This document shows positions 8,238 to 18,237 of a DNA stretch of 43,378 nt, piece by piece. Within the stretch, counting starts at the first letter, position 1. Each line of letters begins with the position of its first letter. The notes under the pieces were generated by a model. It did not search any database. It was not told the DNA's origin and saw nothing but the letters and a program-made list of their open reading frames with translations. The stretch is from a virus, in the IMG/VR virus record IMGVR_UViG_3300021090_000005. One strand, given 5' to 3'. The position numbers and the translations under genes are program-made.

Positions 8238-8281
8238 TAGTATTTGTAATAACCTTTTTAATTCGGTAAAGGAAAACTATC

Positions 8282-9502
8282 ATGAGCACTGGTGTTTTTA
8301 GTACAACTAACTTAACACAAGACTTAGCTAAGAAGTCATTTCCAGGTATGCTTACTCGTTTGATGCCTAACGGTAATGCTCCACTGTTCGCAATGACTTC
8401 TATGCTAGCCTCGGAAACCGCAGTACAGACTGAGCACGGTTTCTTCACAAAAACAATGTTATTTCCTCAACTAACTTTAAGTGGGGCAGGACAACTTGCA
8501 GCTGATGTTGTCTTTACAGTTGTATCTACTGCTAATATACTTCCAGGTATGATTATGCGAGTTAATACTACTGGAGAGAATATTATTGTTAATAATATCA
8601 TATCTCCAGTATCTCTTGGTGTAACTCGTCAAGTAGGTTCTGTGGCGGCTCAAAATATTGCAGCTTCTGTAAACTTGTACCAAGTTGGTAATGCATTTGA
8701 AGAAGGTTCTATTCGTCCATCAGCTCTAGTAATTAATCCTGTTCGTGTAACTAACTTGACACAGATTTTCCGTAATACTTGGGCTATCACCGATACAATC
8801 AGAGCTACTATGATGATTGCAGGAGAAACCAATGTTGCTGAATCTCGTCAAGATTGTGCAGCTTTTCATGCTTCTGATATTGAACGAGCTTTGTTCTTTG
8901 GTCAGAAATCACAAGGTGTTCGCAATGGACAACCTTTTCGTACTGCTGATGGATTAATCAATATTGTAGGTAACTTAACTTACTATCCATCTAGTTATTC
9001 TGCTGTGAATGTATTTACCGCTGGAGCAACTACTAACTATACTCAATTGGAAGGATACTTAGATCAAGTATTTAACCAAGCAACTGACCCTAAAGTTGCT
9101 AATGAGCGGGTATTGTTTACTGGTGGTTCTGGTAAACGAGTATTTAATAACATTGGTCGTTTAAACGGTACTTATACTATGGTAGATGGCCAGACATCTT
9201 GGGGATTGCAATTTACTACCTTTAAGACCAGTCGTGGTACTTTCCGTGTTATTGAACATCCAATGTTTAATAGTAATGCAGACTTTTCTAAAATGGCTGT
9301 AGCTGTTGATTTATCTACATTTAATATTGCATATCTTGGAGACCGTAAAACTCAGAATAAAGAGTTTAATCAAGATATGGATGCAAATGACAATGGTGTA
9401 GATGCTGTTGGTGGTACTCTTACTACAGAACTTACTGTAGTAGTTAAGAATCCTCCAGCAGATGCAGTAGTCTTTGGTCTTACAGCAGCTGCGGCTGGTT
9501 AA
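8282..9502 (+). CDS. Major capsid protein
   Basis: A 406-aa ORF after the scaffold gene with a strong RBS, followed by a hairpin terminator. Size and position are typical of HK97-fold podovirus capsid proteins. Confidence 0.8.
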   Translation: MSTGVFSTTNLTQDLAKKSFPGMLTRLMPNGNAPLFAMTSMLASETAVQTEHGFFTKTMLFPQLTLSGAGQLAADVVFTVVSTANILPGMIMRVNTTGENIIVNNIISPVSLGVTRQVGSVAAQNIAASVNLYQVGNAFEEGSIRPSALVINPVRVTNLTQIFRNTWAITDTIRATMMIAGETNVAESRQDCAAFHASDIERALFFGQKSQGVRNGQPFRTADGLINIVGNLTYYPSSYSAVNVFTAGATTNYTQLEGYLDQVFNQATDPKVANERVLFTGGSGKRVFNNIGRLNGTYTMVDGQTSWGLQFTTFKTSRGTFRVIEHPMFNSNADFSKMAVAVDLSTFNIAYLGDRKTQNKEFNQDMDANDNGVDAVGGTLTTELTVVVKNPPADAVVFGLTAAAAG

Positions 9503-9525
9503 TATAATTGCAGTGCTATATTAAT

Positions 9526-9560
9526 AGGAATTACAGTAACATCTGTAGTTCCTATTGTTA
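9526..9560 (+). terminator. Hairpin terminator/attenuator after the capsid gene
   Basis: AGGAATTACAG-TAACAT-CTGTAGTTCCT forms an 11-bp stem with one G.U pair, followed by ATTGTTAAT. Confidence 0.55.
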
Positions 9561-9580
9561 ATATCTCTGGAGACTTTCTA

Positions 9581-9760
9581 ATGCCATTAATTCATAGTAC
9601 TACTGCCAGTGCTGTTAGTAAAAACATTGCTACAGAGATGGAACACGGTAAAATGCATAAACAAGCAGTTGCTATTGCCATGTCTGTACAGCGTAAAGCA
9701 CGCAATAGTAAAGACAGAAGAAATAAATTAAGAAATACTCACAACAGAAGGAGTGCATAA
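9581..9760 (+). CDS. Small basic protein (59 aa), DUF6496-like. It is not in the supplied ORF track.
   Basis: Manual translation gives MPLIHSTTASAVSKNIATEMEHGKMHKQAVAIAMSVQRKARNSKDRRNKLRNTHNRRSA. A GGAG lies 8 nt upstream, and the stop overlaps the next ATG (TAATG). The H-G-K-x3-KQA-[IV]-AIA-x-S motif is recalled from DUF6496. Confidence 0.6.
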   Translation: MPLIHSTTASAVSKNIATEMEHGKMHKQAVAIAMSVQRKARNSKDRRNKLRNTHNRRSA

Positions 9761-9972
9761 TGTCTGAAGTTGACAAAATACTTTTTGGAAAACTTATAGA
9801 AGAAGTACATCAACTAACAGAGACTCAAAATGCACTTGTAGTAAAAGTTGATTGTATAGAAAAAAAATTACAAACAGGTAGAGGAATTGTTATTGGACTG
9901 TTTCTTGCAGCAGGAGCAGTTGGTAGTACTGCTGGAGTATTTGCAAATAAATTTATAAAATTATTATCTTAG
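9760..9972 (+). CDS. Small membrane protein with a coiled-coil N-terminus and one C-terminal TM helix (XhlA-like architecture)
   Basis: 70 aa. It has a hydrophobic C-terminal segment IVIGLFLAAGAVGSTAGVF. Confidence 0.7.
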   Translation: MSEVDKILFGKLIEEVHQLTETQNALVVKVDCIEKKLQTGRGIVIGLFLAAGAVGSTAGVFANKFIKLLS

Positions 9973-9981
9973 GAGAAAATA

Positions 9982-10293
9982 ATGTCAACATTACAAGTTC
10001 CAAATGTGTGTGGTGGTATTACTCTTGTAACTTCTGGTGCACTAGTACCAGTAGCTAACTTAGTTACTTGTAATGCTTTAGAAATTACGGATATAGTACA
10101 GAGTTATAATAATCCGAGTGTTGTAAGTTCTAATATAACTACTGGAGCAGTTATAGTACGAATGAGTACTTTGATTACCTCTATCACCATAAATGGTAAT
10201 GTGTACGCAGTAACAGTTGGTATAAGTGATGCAATGGCAGCAGCAGATGCTTCTCAATTGATATATCAAGGATTTAAATTAGTAGTAGGATAG
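9982..10293 (+). CDS. Hypothetical virion-module protein
   Basis: A 103-aa ORF with RBS AGGAG. Confidence 0.7.
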   Translation: MSTLQVPNVCGGITLVTSGALVPVANLVTCNALEITDIVQSYNNPSVVSSNITTGAVIVRMSTLITSITINGNVYAVTVGISDAMAAADASQLIYQGFKLVVG

Positions 10294-10337
10294 TATTAGT
10301 TTTTTACCGTAATATAACTACATAGGAGTAATACATC

Positions 10338-10853
10338 ATGGAAAGTACAATTGATACAAAAGTAAATCAACCTCGTCCAGGAGTTAATATTTTAGATAGA
10401 CTAACAAAACAACCAAAATTAGAAGAAAAGACAACTATTGAAGATAAAGTTATTTTGGAGGAACTTGTAAATGTTCCTATTCGTGAGTATACAGTATACT
10501 ATAGTACTATCCCAAATAGTCAGTATTTATTTAAAGACGGTACTGCTGCTGAATTTACTGGTGGTAGATTTCTTACTGATGATTCAAGACACATTACTGA
10601 ATTAGATGCGGAGATTGCACGAAAGCATCAGTTTATTAGTAAAGGACTTACTAAAATAACTGATAAAGATTTAGACCCAATAGCTGAAATTAAACGTAAA
10701 GCTGTTGAGGAATATGTTGCAAAACAAAAAGCGGCTACTAATCCAACAAGTGACAAAGGAACTAGTATACAAGCACCTTTAATGCAGTCAGCTGCTAATA
10801 GTAACTCAATTGCAGTAGGTGCTGCTAGTTCAGTTTCTGGGCAACCTGGATAA
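10338..10853 (+). CDS. Hypothetical virion-module protein
   Basis: A 171-aa ORF with RBS AGGAG. Confidence 0.75.
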   Translation: MESTIDTKVNQPRPGVNILDRLTKQPKLEEKTTIEDKVILEELVNVPIREYTVYYSTIPNSQYLFKDGTAAEFTGGRFLTDDSRHITELDAEIARKHQFISKGLTKITDKDLDPIAEIKRKAVEEYVAKQKAATNPTSDKGTSIQAPLMQSAANSNSIAVGAASSVSGQPG

Positions 10854-10859
10854 TATACT

Positions 10860-11498
10860 ATGAGTACTCCAAATAGTCTTATGCAGAGTGTTATAGATGA
10901 TGTAGTTATTCATACTAATCGTCCTGACTTAGTAGCAGAGACGCAGTTAGCTGTTTCTAAAGCTACTATGAAAATGCATATGACTGGGCCAAGAGACCCT
11001 GCAACAGGACTATCTGGAGCTGCTTTTTACGTACAAGATATAGTTTCTGATATAGTAATATTACCACTACAAACTGAAACTCGTTATGAAATAGACTTAA
11101 GTGATTATTCACAATTACGAGCGGTTAAAGGTATACAAGAGTGGAATGTACCTTTAACTGGGACGGAAGTTACTTATGAAAAACTTGACGAAAACTTCTT
11201 ATTTGATGATTATCATATAGAAAAGTATGATTATTTCTACAGAGCTGGTTTAGTTGTTAATTTACGAGCGAGAAAGTTACTTACAAAAATTAAATTATCT
11301 TATTATGCTTTTCCAATAGTAGATGGTGCTACATATACTTCTTGGATTGCTTCTAAATTCAAAGATGCAATAGTAGAAGAAGCAGCTGCGACCGTGTTTA
11401 GAATGATAGGCAAAACAGATGAGTTTAAAACATATCAAGCGATGACACAAGATAATATTAGTATATTACAGTCTTTTGCTTTGGAAGGCGCAGTATAA
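10860..11498 (+). CDS. Virion structural protein (possible head-tail adaptor or tail tubular protein)
   Basis: A 212-aa ORF in the tail module. The assignment rests on position only. Confidence 0.75.
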   Translation: MSTPNSLMQSVIDDVVIHTNRPDLVAETQLAVSKATMKMHMTGPRDPATGLSGAAFYVQDIVSDIVILPLQTETRYEIDLSDYSQLRAVKGIQEWNVPLTGTEVTYEKLDENFLFDDYHIEKYDYFYRAGLVVNLRARKLLTKIKLSYYAFPIVDGATYTSWIASKFKDAIVEEAAATVFRMIGKTDEFKTYQAMTQDNISILQSFALEGAV

Positions 11499-11511
11499 TT
11501 AGGAGATACCA

Positions 11512-12678
11512 ATGCCAGGACCTTATACACCGGACGCTGAAGAAATAACTAGACCAGCAGATAATGATGATGCTTTTTATATGGCGGCAGAATTACGTAC
11601 ATTAAAAGTATATATTGCCACTCTTAATAGTGATCAGAACGCATTAAATTCTGCTATTGCTGCTGCTGAAAGTGCTGTTGATGCCTTAGCGGCTGCTACA
11701 CAAGCTATTGCTGCTGCTGCTTTACTTGGTGCTAACACATTAATACAATATTGCGGTCTTGCTACAGGAACTGCTAATGCCATTATAATTTCTCCTCCTG
11801 TTGCCATAACTGCACTTGTTCCGGGACAAGAATTTATGTTCAAAGTTACTGCTACTAATACTGGGCCAACTTCTGTAAATATCTCTAGTCTTGGAGCTAT
11901 ACCAGTACAAATTAATGGTGTTGCATTAGGTGGTGGAGAGTTAGTGATAGGAAAATATGTAAGAGTGTTAGTAGATAGTACTGCTACTGCTGCACAACTT
12001 TTGTATGGAGATCTTCTCGCTACAACTCAGTTACAATTACAAACATTTACCGCTTTTACTACGGCTGGAAGTGATACAGCATATACCCTTACTCCGAATC
12101 CTGCAATTACAGCATATGCAGCAGGACAAAGATTTAGAATTAAATTTCATGCCACAGCTGGTGTAATTCCTACGATAGCAGTAAGTGGACTTGCGGTAAA
12201 GAATTTAAAGTATTATAACTATCTTGGAGTAAAAACTTCTTGTGGTGCAACTATTATTGTTGCAAATATGCTTACAGATGTTGAATATGATGGAGTTGAT
12301 TTTATTGTGTTGGATGCTTTAACAGTTAAAGCTACTGATGCTATCAATGCCGAAATTAGTACTACACAATCTGTAGGAAATAATACAACTGCTATCGCCA
12401 CCACTGCATTCTGTGAAACAGGCTTTGTGAATAATGATATTGGTACTGGAGCTCCTGGTATGATAGCTTTTTGCAACCATTTTACAGGTTCTAACGTAAC
12501 TGATAATACTACTGTTGCAGGAAGTCAATTATATGGACTTACTAATAGTAATCCTGGATATATGACACCTAATGGCATTGCAAAGGCAGGAACATGGCGC
12601 AATATAACTGGTAGTACTGTGGCAGCTGGTGATTTAACTGCTAATGGTTCTTGTGGTACGTTCCAGCGCATTTCTTAA
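11512..12678 (+). CDS. Tail fibre protein
   Basis: An Ala-rich coiled coil (ALNSAIAAAESAVDALAAATQAIAAAA) is followed by two copies of a G-Q-x-F-x-[FI]-K...AT... module. That module is common in phage tail fibres. Confidence 0.7.
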   Translation: MPGPYTPDAEEITRPADNDDAFYMAAELRTLKVYIATLNSDQNALNSAIAAAESAVDALAAATQAIAAAALLGANTLIQYCGLATGTANAIIISPPVAITALVPGQEFMFKVTATNTGPTSVNISSLGAIPVQINGVALGGGELVIGKYVRVLVDSTATAAQLLYGDLLATTQLQLQTFTAFTTAGSDTAYTLTPNPAITAYAAGQRFRIKFHATAGVIPTIAVSGLAVKNLKYYNYLGVKTSCGATIIVANMLTDVEYDGVDFIVLDALTVKATDAINAEISTTQSVGNNTTAIATTAFCETGFVNNDIGTGAPGMIAFCNHFTGSNVTDNTTVAGSQLYGLTNSNPGYMTPNGIAKAGTWRNITGSTVAAGDLTANGSCGTFQRIS

Positions 12679-12690
12679 TAAGGAAAAATT

Positions 12691-12987
12691 ATGCAAATTC
12701 GTAACCTTAAATACAATACTTTTGGTACGGTAGATATGGAAATTGAACATCCAACTTACGGATGGATTCCATTTACTGCATCACCTGATGATACGGAGAA
12801 GTATGGCAGAGAACTGTATGCTGCTGCCATTGCAGGAGACTTTGGTATTATAGAAGATGCTGATCCCTTACTGCCAAAGTTACCATATACTCCTTCCGAA
12901 GTTGAAGTATTAAAAACTGCTCTTATAGCTAAAGGTATATTATCTTCGGCTGACTTACTAGCTGCCATGGAGCAATTAAAGGTTTAA
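12691..12987 (+). CDS. Hypothetical protein, possibly fibre-associated or a chaperone
   Basis: A 98-aa ORF directly after the fibre gene, with RBS AAGGA. Confidence 0.7.
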   Translation: MQIRNLKYNTFGTVDMEIEHPTYGWIPFTASPDDTEKYGRELYAAAIAGDFGIIEDADPLLPKLPYTPSEVEVLKTALIAKGILSSADLLAAMEQLKV

Positions 12988-12990
12988 ACT

Positions 12991-14628
12991 ATGGCACAAA
13001 TAACTTTTCGTGGTAATTTAAGTAGTGCTGCATTTCCTTTTATTTCTGACTTCGGAGGTAGAAGTATCGTTGTACCACAACTAGACGAAAACTTTCTTCC
13101 TAGTTCTGTTAATACTACTGCTAATGATTCTGACCGCGATAGAGGTATTCCACAGTTATATTATTGTCACAACGTAGTTCCTGTAGGACAAGGATATAAA
13201 AGTATAAGTTATACTAGAACCGTTCCTCCTGTTGTTCCGGCAGTTATAAATTTTATTGAGGTTTTAGTAGTTAAAGATGTTGATAATAATAAAGCACTTC
13301 TTGGTTTTACCACTGATGGTCATGTATATATTCTTGCAGCAAGTATGAAAGAGTGGTTAGAAATAACAGTTACTGATTGGACTGGTGTTGGCAATATAAC
13401 TATGGGAATAGCTAATGGAAGTACTTATGTATGTTTACAAGGACTAGGAGTATTTCTTGTAGATATAACAGGATTAGCTTTAGTAGATACTGCATTAACC
13501 GGTCTCGATACAGCATTACTTCTTGGTATTTCTAATAGTAACAACTATTTAATTGCTTATACTACAACTAAGGTATATTGGTGTAGTTCATTAGACCCCT
13601 TAGATTTTGTACCCTCAGAAATAACTGGTGCAGGTTCTGGAACTCCTAATGATTTGGACGGATTAATTATAACTGTAGTTGGTATTATAAATGGTTTTAT
13701 TACATACAGTACAAAAACAGTTATTATAAGTACTTTCAGTGGTAATATTAGGTATCCTTGGATATTTAGAGCTGCCTCTTTTGGTGCTGGTATAAATTTT
13801 CCTGATCAAGTTACTAATGAAGTTAATCTTGGTTATCATTATGCTTGGACTTCTGCAGGATTGTTACGGGTAACTAATACTGGTTGTGAAGTAGTATTTC
13901 CAGAACTTACTGATTTCTTGTCCGGTAAAATCTTTGAAGATTATGATATCATAACTAAAAAATTTACTTGTAGATATCTTAGTAAACAAGTAGCTGTGCG
14001 TCTAGGATTTGTAGGGTCAAGATTTTTAGTTATTTCTTATGGTATTTTCGATGAGCAGTATAGTCATGCTATTATATATGATACAGCTTTTAAACGTTGG
14101 GGCAAAATTAAAATAAATCATATTAAATGTTTTGATCTTAGTGTTTCTCCTAATGGAGGTCCTTTACCTTATACAGCACTAGAAAATACTATTTGGACAC
14201 AGTATATAGGAGTACCTTATACTGCTCTTAGTGTAATGAATAATGCAGCAGCAGAAGCAAAAGAAAACTTAGCTTTTTTACAAGATACTGGAACTATACA
14301 GACAGCTAACTTTTCTTTTGGTCAAACAAGTGCTGATGCAGTATTAATGCTTGGAAAGTTTCAAATAGTTCGTAGTAGTTTGTGTACGTTGCAAGAAGTA
14401 GATATTGAAGGAATAGAAGAAAGTACAAATAATTTTAATGTCTGTGTATTCTCTACTTTATATGGACAGAAATTACTACCTCCTACAGTACCTATAGAAA
14501 CTATACGAGAAGGTAAATTAAGAAGATATAACTCAAGAGTTTCTGGAACCAATCACATTTTTGCTATGCACGGAGATTTTCATGTGACTACTACTGTATT
14601 AACACTTTCTTTGGGTGGGAGTAGATAA
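12991..14628 (+). CDS. Large tail structural protein (possible tail tubular/nozzle protein)
   Basis: A 545-aa ORF in the tail module. The assignment rests on position only. Confidence 0.8.
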   Translation: MAQITFRGNLSSAAFPFISDFGGRSIVVPQLDENFLPSSVNTTANDSDRDRGIPQLYYCHNVVPVGQGYKSISYTRTVPPVVPAVINFIEVLVVKDVDNNKALLGFTTDGHVYILAASMKEWLEITVTDWTGVGNITMGIANGSTYVCLQGLGVFLVDITGLALVDTALTGLDTALLLGISNSNNYLIAYTTTKVYWCSSLDPLDFVPSEITGAGSGTPNDLDGLIITVVGIINGFITYSTKTVIISTFSGNIRYPWIFRAASFGAGINFPDQVTNEVNLGYHYAWTSAGLLRVTNTGCEVVFPELTDFLSGKIFEDYDIITKKFTCRYLSKQVAVRLGFVGSRFLVISYGIFDEQYSHAIIYDTAFKRWGKIKINHIKCFDLSVSPNGGPLPYTALENTIWTQYIGVPYTALSVMNNAAAEAKENLAFLQDTGTIQTANFSFGQTSADAVLMLGKFQIVRSSLCTLQEVDIEGIEESTNNFNVCVFSTLYGQKLLPPTVPIETIREGKLRRYNSRVSGTNHIFAMHGDFHVTTTVLTLSLGGSR

Positions 14629-15092
14629 TGTCTATATCCACTAATTATAATTCTAGAGTAGATTTACAATTACCTGCTATTCCTACTACACTAAATTTAG
14701 AGTTAAACAAAGAATTACAATTAATATATAATGCACTAAAATCTATTGTAGTTTTTCTTATTAAGTATGAAAGTACATTACAAACAATTACATCTGCTGG
14801 ACAACTTATACTATCACATAAATTAGGAAAGATTCCTTTAAGAATAGATACTTGGATAGTTTGTCAGACAGCCGAGGGAGGATATTCTATAGGAGATAAA
14901 ATATATATTCCTGGACAAACTATCTCATCCACAGTAAATAATAAAGGACATACTATAATTGTTGATGATATCAATATAACTTTAAGATTTGGTGCAGAAA
15001 CTCAAGTGTATGATGTATTAAACAAAACTACTGGTATTGGTGTAGGACTCACTAATGCTAACTGGAAACTTCTTATATTTGCTTCTATTTAG
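14628..15092 (+). CDS. Hypothetical virion-module protein
   Basis: A 154-aa ORF with an ATAATG overlap onto the upstream gene. Confidence 0.75.
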   Translation: MSISTNYNSRVDLQLPAIPTTLNLELNKELQLIYNALKSIVVFLIKYESTLQTITSAGQLILSHKLGKIPLRIDTWIVCQTAEGGYSIGDKIYIPGQTISSTVNNKGHTIIVDDINITLRFGAETQVYDVLNKTTGIGVGLTNANWKLLIFASI

Positions 15093-15102
15093 GAGATACA
15101 AT

Positions 15103-15507
15103 ATGCACTGTGGGCTTAAACGTATTGTTAATAGAGTCGATGGTACATTTGGTGTTATTCTATTAAATACTTTACCTATTGCTGTATGTTTAGAACGTCC
15201 TTGGTTAGATAATCGTAGAGGAGAAAGTTGTATTCCTACAGGTTCTTATACAGCTAAACGTATACTATCACCTAAGTTTGGAGATACTTTTGAAATTACT
15301 AATGTGCCTGATAGACAGCATATACTATTTCATAAAGGAAATATACTAGAAGATTCTCATGGTTGTATAATTCTTGGAGAGTATTATAATATATGGAGTA
15401 CTGGTAAATGTAGTGTTGCAAGTAGTGGGGACGCATTTACAGAATTTATGAAAAGACTTAAAGATGTAGATGAGTTTACTGTTAGTATTACTAACTGTTA
15501 TACATAA
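15103..15507 (+). CDS. DUF5675-like protein with a YkuD-type H...SHGC motif. Candidate cell-wall hydrolase (endolysin).
   Basis: ATG at 15103 follows AGGAGA. The motif is LFHKGNILEDSHGCIILG, compared with the L,D-transpeptidase-fold H-x(n)-S-x-GC-[IV]. Confidence 0.75.
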   Translation: MHCGLKRIVNRVDGTFGVILLNTLPIAVCLERPWLDNRRGESCIPTGSYTAKRILSPKFGDTFEITNVPDRQHILFHKGNILEDSHGCIILGEYYNIWSTGKCSVASSGDAFTEFMKRLKDVDEFTVSITNCYT

Positions 15508-15566
15508 ACCCCGCTATGCAAGTATAATTAATCAGACTACACTGTGTAAAATCTAAGGAGATTACA

Positions 15567-16019
15567 ATGAGTTTAACAGGACTTGGTGAGGCTGCAACTG
15601 CAATAGGTAGTATAGCTGACGCAGCCAAAGGTATTGTAGGGCACTTCTTTGCTGATAAGACTGAAGCTCAGAAAGCAACTATTGCTACTGAAATGCAAGA
15701 TATGATGAATCAGTATAATCTTGTAGCTGGACAAATTGAAATTAATAAAATTGAAGCTGCTAGTAATAAGTGGTGGATTGCTGGTTGGAGACCTTATATT
15801 GGTTGGGTATGTGGCACTGGACTTCTATATCAATTTTTATTTATGCCAATAATGAATGGTTTAATTAAAGCAATATTAATTCTATTCGGACGCACTGGAG
15901 TTACAGTATTATTTGTATCTCTTGATGTTAGTACTCTAATGACTGCTTTATCTGGTATACTTGGAATAGGCGTACTGAGAACGTTTGAAAAATATACAGG
16001 TACTGAATCTAAACGATAA
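15567..16019 (+). CDS. 3TM holin-family membrane protein (gene-transfer-agent-type holin)
   Basis: INKIEAASNKWWIAGWRPYIGWVCGTGLLYQFLFMP matches the remembered signature of the 'holin of 3TMs' family. It has multiple hydrophobic segments and RBS AAGGAG. Confidence 0.7.
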   Translation: MSLTGLGEAATAIGSIADAAKGIVGHFFADKTEAQKATIATEMQDMMNQYNLVAGQIEINKIEAASNKWWIAGWRPYIGWVCGTGLLYQFLFMPIMNGLIKAILILFGRTGVTVLFVSLDVSTLMTALSGILGIGVLRTFEKYTGTESKR

Positions 16020-16029
16020 GGAGAATATC

Positions 16030-16578
16030 ATGACAGGTGAAGCCGTACCTAAAATGTCAAGTGGTGGTGGAAACTTCGCTGCTGCTGCAGGAGGATTTGC
16101 AGACGCTGTTAATGCTTTAAGTGGTCTCTTTGGAACTTCTGGTACTGTTAGTGGCAGTGGTACAACTTCTGTAGCTCCAGAGAACCAAAAAATAATGGAT
16201 GCACTTACTAAACTTCTTGGTGGAGATATTACTGCTGGAAAATATAGTAAGGAAGCTGCTATAGAAGATACTAAAGGTAGTATACAAGCAATGATTAAAA
16301 AAATGCTACAGGAAGAAATGCCATCTATAGCAGGAGCTGAAAAAACATCTGGTGCTTATAATCAGACTACTACTAAATTACTCAGTAATGATTTGCAATC
16401 TCGTATGGATACTGGAGCACTATCTCTTGTATTACAGACTATTAAAGATTATGCTGGTATCACATCTAATCTTGGTCAAACTGCTGCTCTTACTGCTAAA
16501 ACTTCAGGAACTACTACTACACAATCTCAAACATCTGAAACTCCTGGATTATTGTCTCAACTTGGTATTAATTTCTAA
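16030..16578 (+). CDS. Internal virion/ejection protein candidate (Gly/Ser/Thr-rich)
   Basis: ATG at 16030 follows TAAGGAG. The track start at 15985 overlaps the holin gene. Confidence 0.7.
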   Translation: MTGEAVPKMSSGGGNFAAAAGGFADAVNALSGLFGTSGTVSGSGTTSVAPENQKIMDALTKLLGGDITAGKYSKEAAIEDTKGSIQAMIKKMLQEEMPSIAGAEKTSGAYNQTTTKLLSNDLQSRMDTGALSLVLQTIKDYAGITSNLGQTAALTAKTSGTTTTQSQTSETPGLLSQLGINF

Positions 16579-16587
16579 GGAAGTATT

Positions 16588-18237
16588 ATGCCTACGAATC
16601 AATTAAACTTAGATAATTTTATGTCTCAAATACCTGTAATTAATGAGGTATTAGACACTGCGCGAAATGAGTTAGCATCTGCCGTACCAGTAATTGAAGC
16701 TATCAATGCAAATAAAACTGCTGTTTATACTAAAGGTGCAGAATTTACAAAAGAAGTCAAACAACAAGAAGGTTCTGCTGCTCTTGCTACTCAGCAACAA
16801 GTGCGTGATATTGCTTCTAATATTGGTACTGGAGACAATAGCAAATTACTTTCAGATCTTGCACAATCCTTTACAGATAATTTAGAAAAAGCTAATAAAA
16901 AGCGTGATGAAATTACTACTGCTAAAGTAGAAGGTGCTCATAGTATTCTTAAAGATATTACTAATATCTTTACTCTTCCGTCCAAAATAGATGAGTATAA
17001 TACATATGCTGATAATGCTAATGCAGCTCTCACTACTATTAATGAAATGAATAGTGCTACTATTACTGCTGCTACAGCAAAACAAGTACAACAACAGAAT
17101 TTAACTGAACAAGTAGTAGCAGATAAAGCGCAGTTAGCTGCTGATGCTTTTACTATACAAGCGGATGATGCTAAGTTACATGGAATAATTAACAAAGTAG
17201 AATTACAAACTAAAATTGCTACTCTTGCTGATGCACAGCTTACTAATCTTGCTAAAGGCGTACAGTTAGAAGATTCTTTACAGAATCGAGCATTAGAGCG
17301 TCAAAGATTACAACTTATGATTGATGCTAAAAATGATACAGATGAATCTCAGAAAATGATGCTAACTATGTATAATACTGGAGCTAAAGCTTTAGGACTT
17401 TCTCCTATTGCTGGTTTTGCTCAGTGGAAAGCTTCAGCATCTCTTGGTGGAGCAGTTAAAACTAAGATAGATGCAGTAACTAATTATGGAGGTAGTATAT
17501 TACTTCATGCTACGCGTACTGCGGAAGATGGTACAGTAGTATCTGGAGATGGTAGTGCAAGTATGGGAGCTTCTGCTGGAGAAGCTATGGTATCTTCTAA
17601 GTTTGCACAGGCTAGACCAAATGGTGCTAATACCAGAGCTTTTGATTTCCGTGATGCTGTATTAAGTACTGTTAGTGGTTTACATCCTGGAGAGGCAGTT
17701 AAGCCAGAAGTATATTCAACTGAGGCACAACAAGTAATTGTTGGAGAAGCAAAGAAATATGCTACTAATATTGAACTTACAGATTTTCATAAAAATCCAT
17801 ACTATCAACCCGGTATCAGCGTAGTAGCACAATTAACTCCTCAACTTGCAACTACTCCAGAATTTATTGCTGTGTTTGGTACACTACAAGCTAGTGGACA
17901 AGAAGTACCTGTCGCAGGGGTGGTTATGGAATCTGCACTTGCAGCTGTTAAGAAAACTCCTGCATCTATTAATGAAGTCGCTAAAATGATAGCTAAGTAT
18001 TACAATGCTGCTGTATATCATAATGCTAATTTTGGTGGTGTTAATCAGTTTGCGTTACCTAAAGTTGAAGGGTATAATGTACAACTTCCTACAGTTATGG
18101 GAGGTGCTTTTCCTATTGATAACAATGCAATAGTTAAAAAACTTCTTGGTCATACACAAGTTGACTTAACAAATGCTGAACAGATTAGACAGTATTTACT
18201 TAGAAGTTATAAATTATTTCCTACGGAGCGTAAATAA
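16588..18237 (+). CDS. Internal virion/ejection protein candidate (coiled-coil N-terminal half)
   Basis: A 549-aa ORF upstream of, and overlapping, the giant ORF (ATAATG). The layout is analogous to the T7 gp14-16 block. Confidence 0.75.
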   Translation: MPTNQLNLDNFMSQIPVINEVLDTARNELASAVPVIEAINANKTAVYTKGAEFTKEVKQQEGSAALATQQQVRDIASNIGTGDNSKLLSDLAQSFTDNLEKANKKRDEITTAKVEGAHSILKDITNIFTLPSKIDEYNTYADNANAALTTINEMNSATITAATAKQVQQQNLTEQVVADKAQLAADAFTIQADDAKLHGIINKVELQTKIATLADAQLTNLAKGVQLEDSLQNRALERQRLQLMIDAKNDTDESQKMMLTMYNTGAKALGLSPIAGFAQWKASASLGGAVKTKIDAVTNYGGSILLHATRTAEDGTVVSGDGSASMGASAGEAMVSSKFAQARPNGANTRAFDFRDAVLSTVSGLHPGEAVKPEVYSTEAQQVIVGEAKKYATNIELTDFHKNPYYQPGISVVAQLTPQLATTPEFIAVFGTLQASGQEVPVAGVVMESALAAVKKTPASINEVAKMIAKYYNAAVYHNANFGGVNQFALPKVEGYNVQLPTVMGGAFPIDNNAIVKKLLGHTQVDLTNAEQIRQYLLRSYKLFPTERK

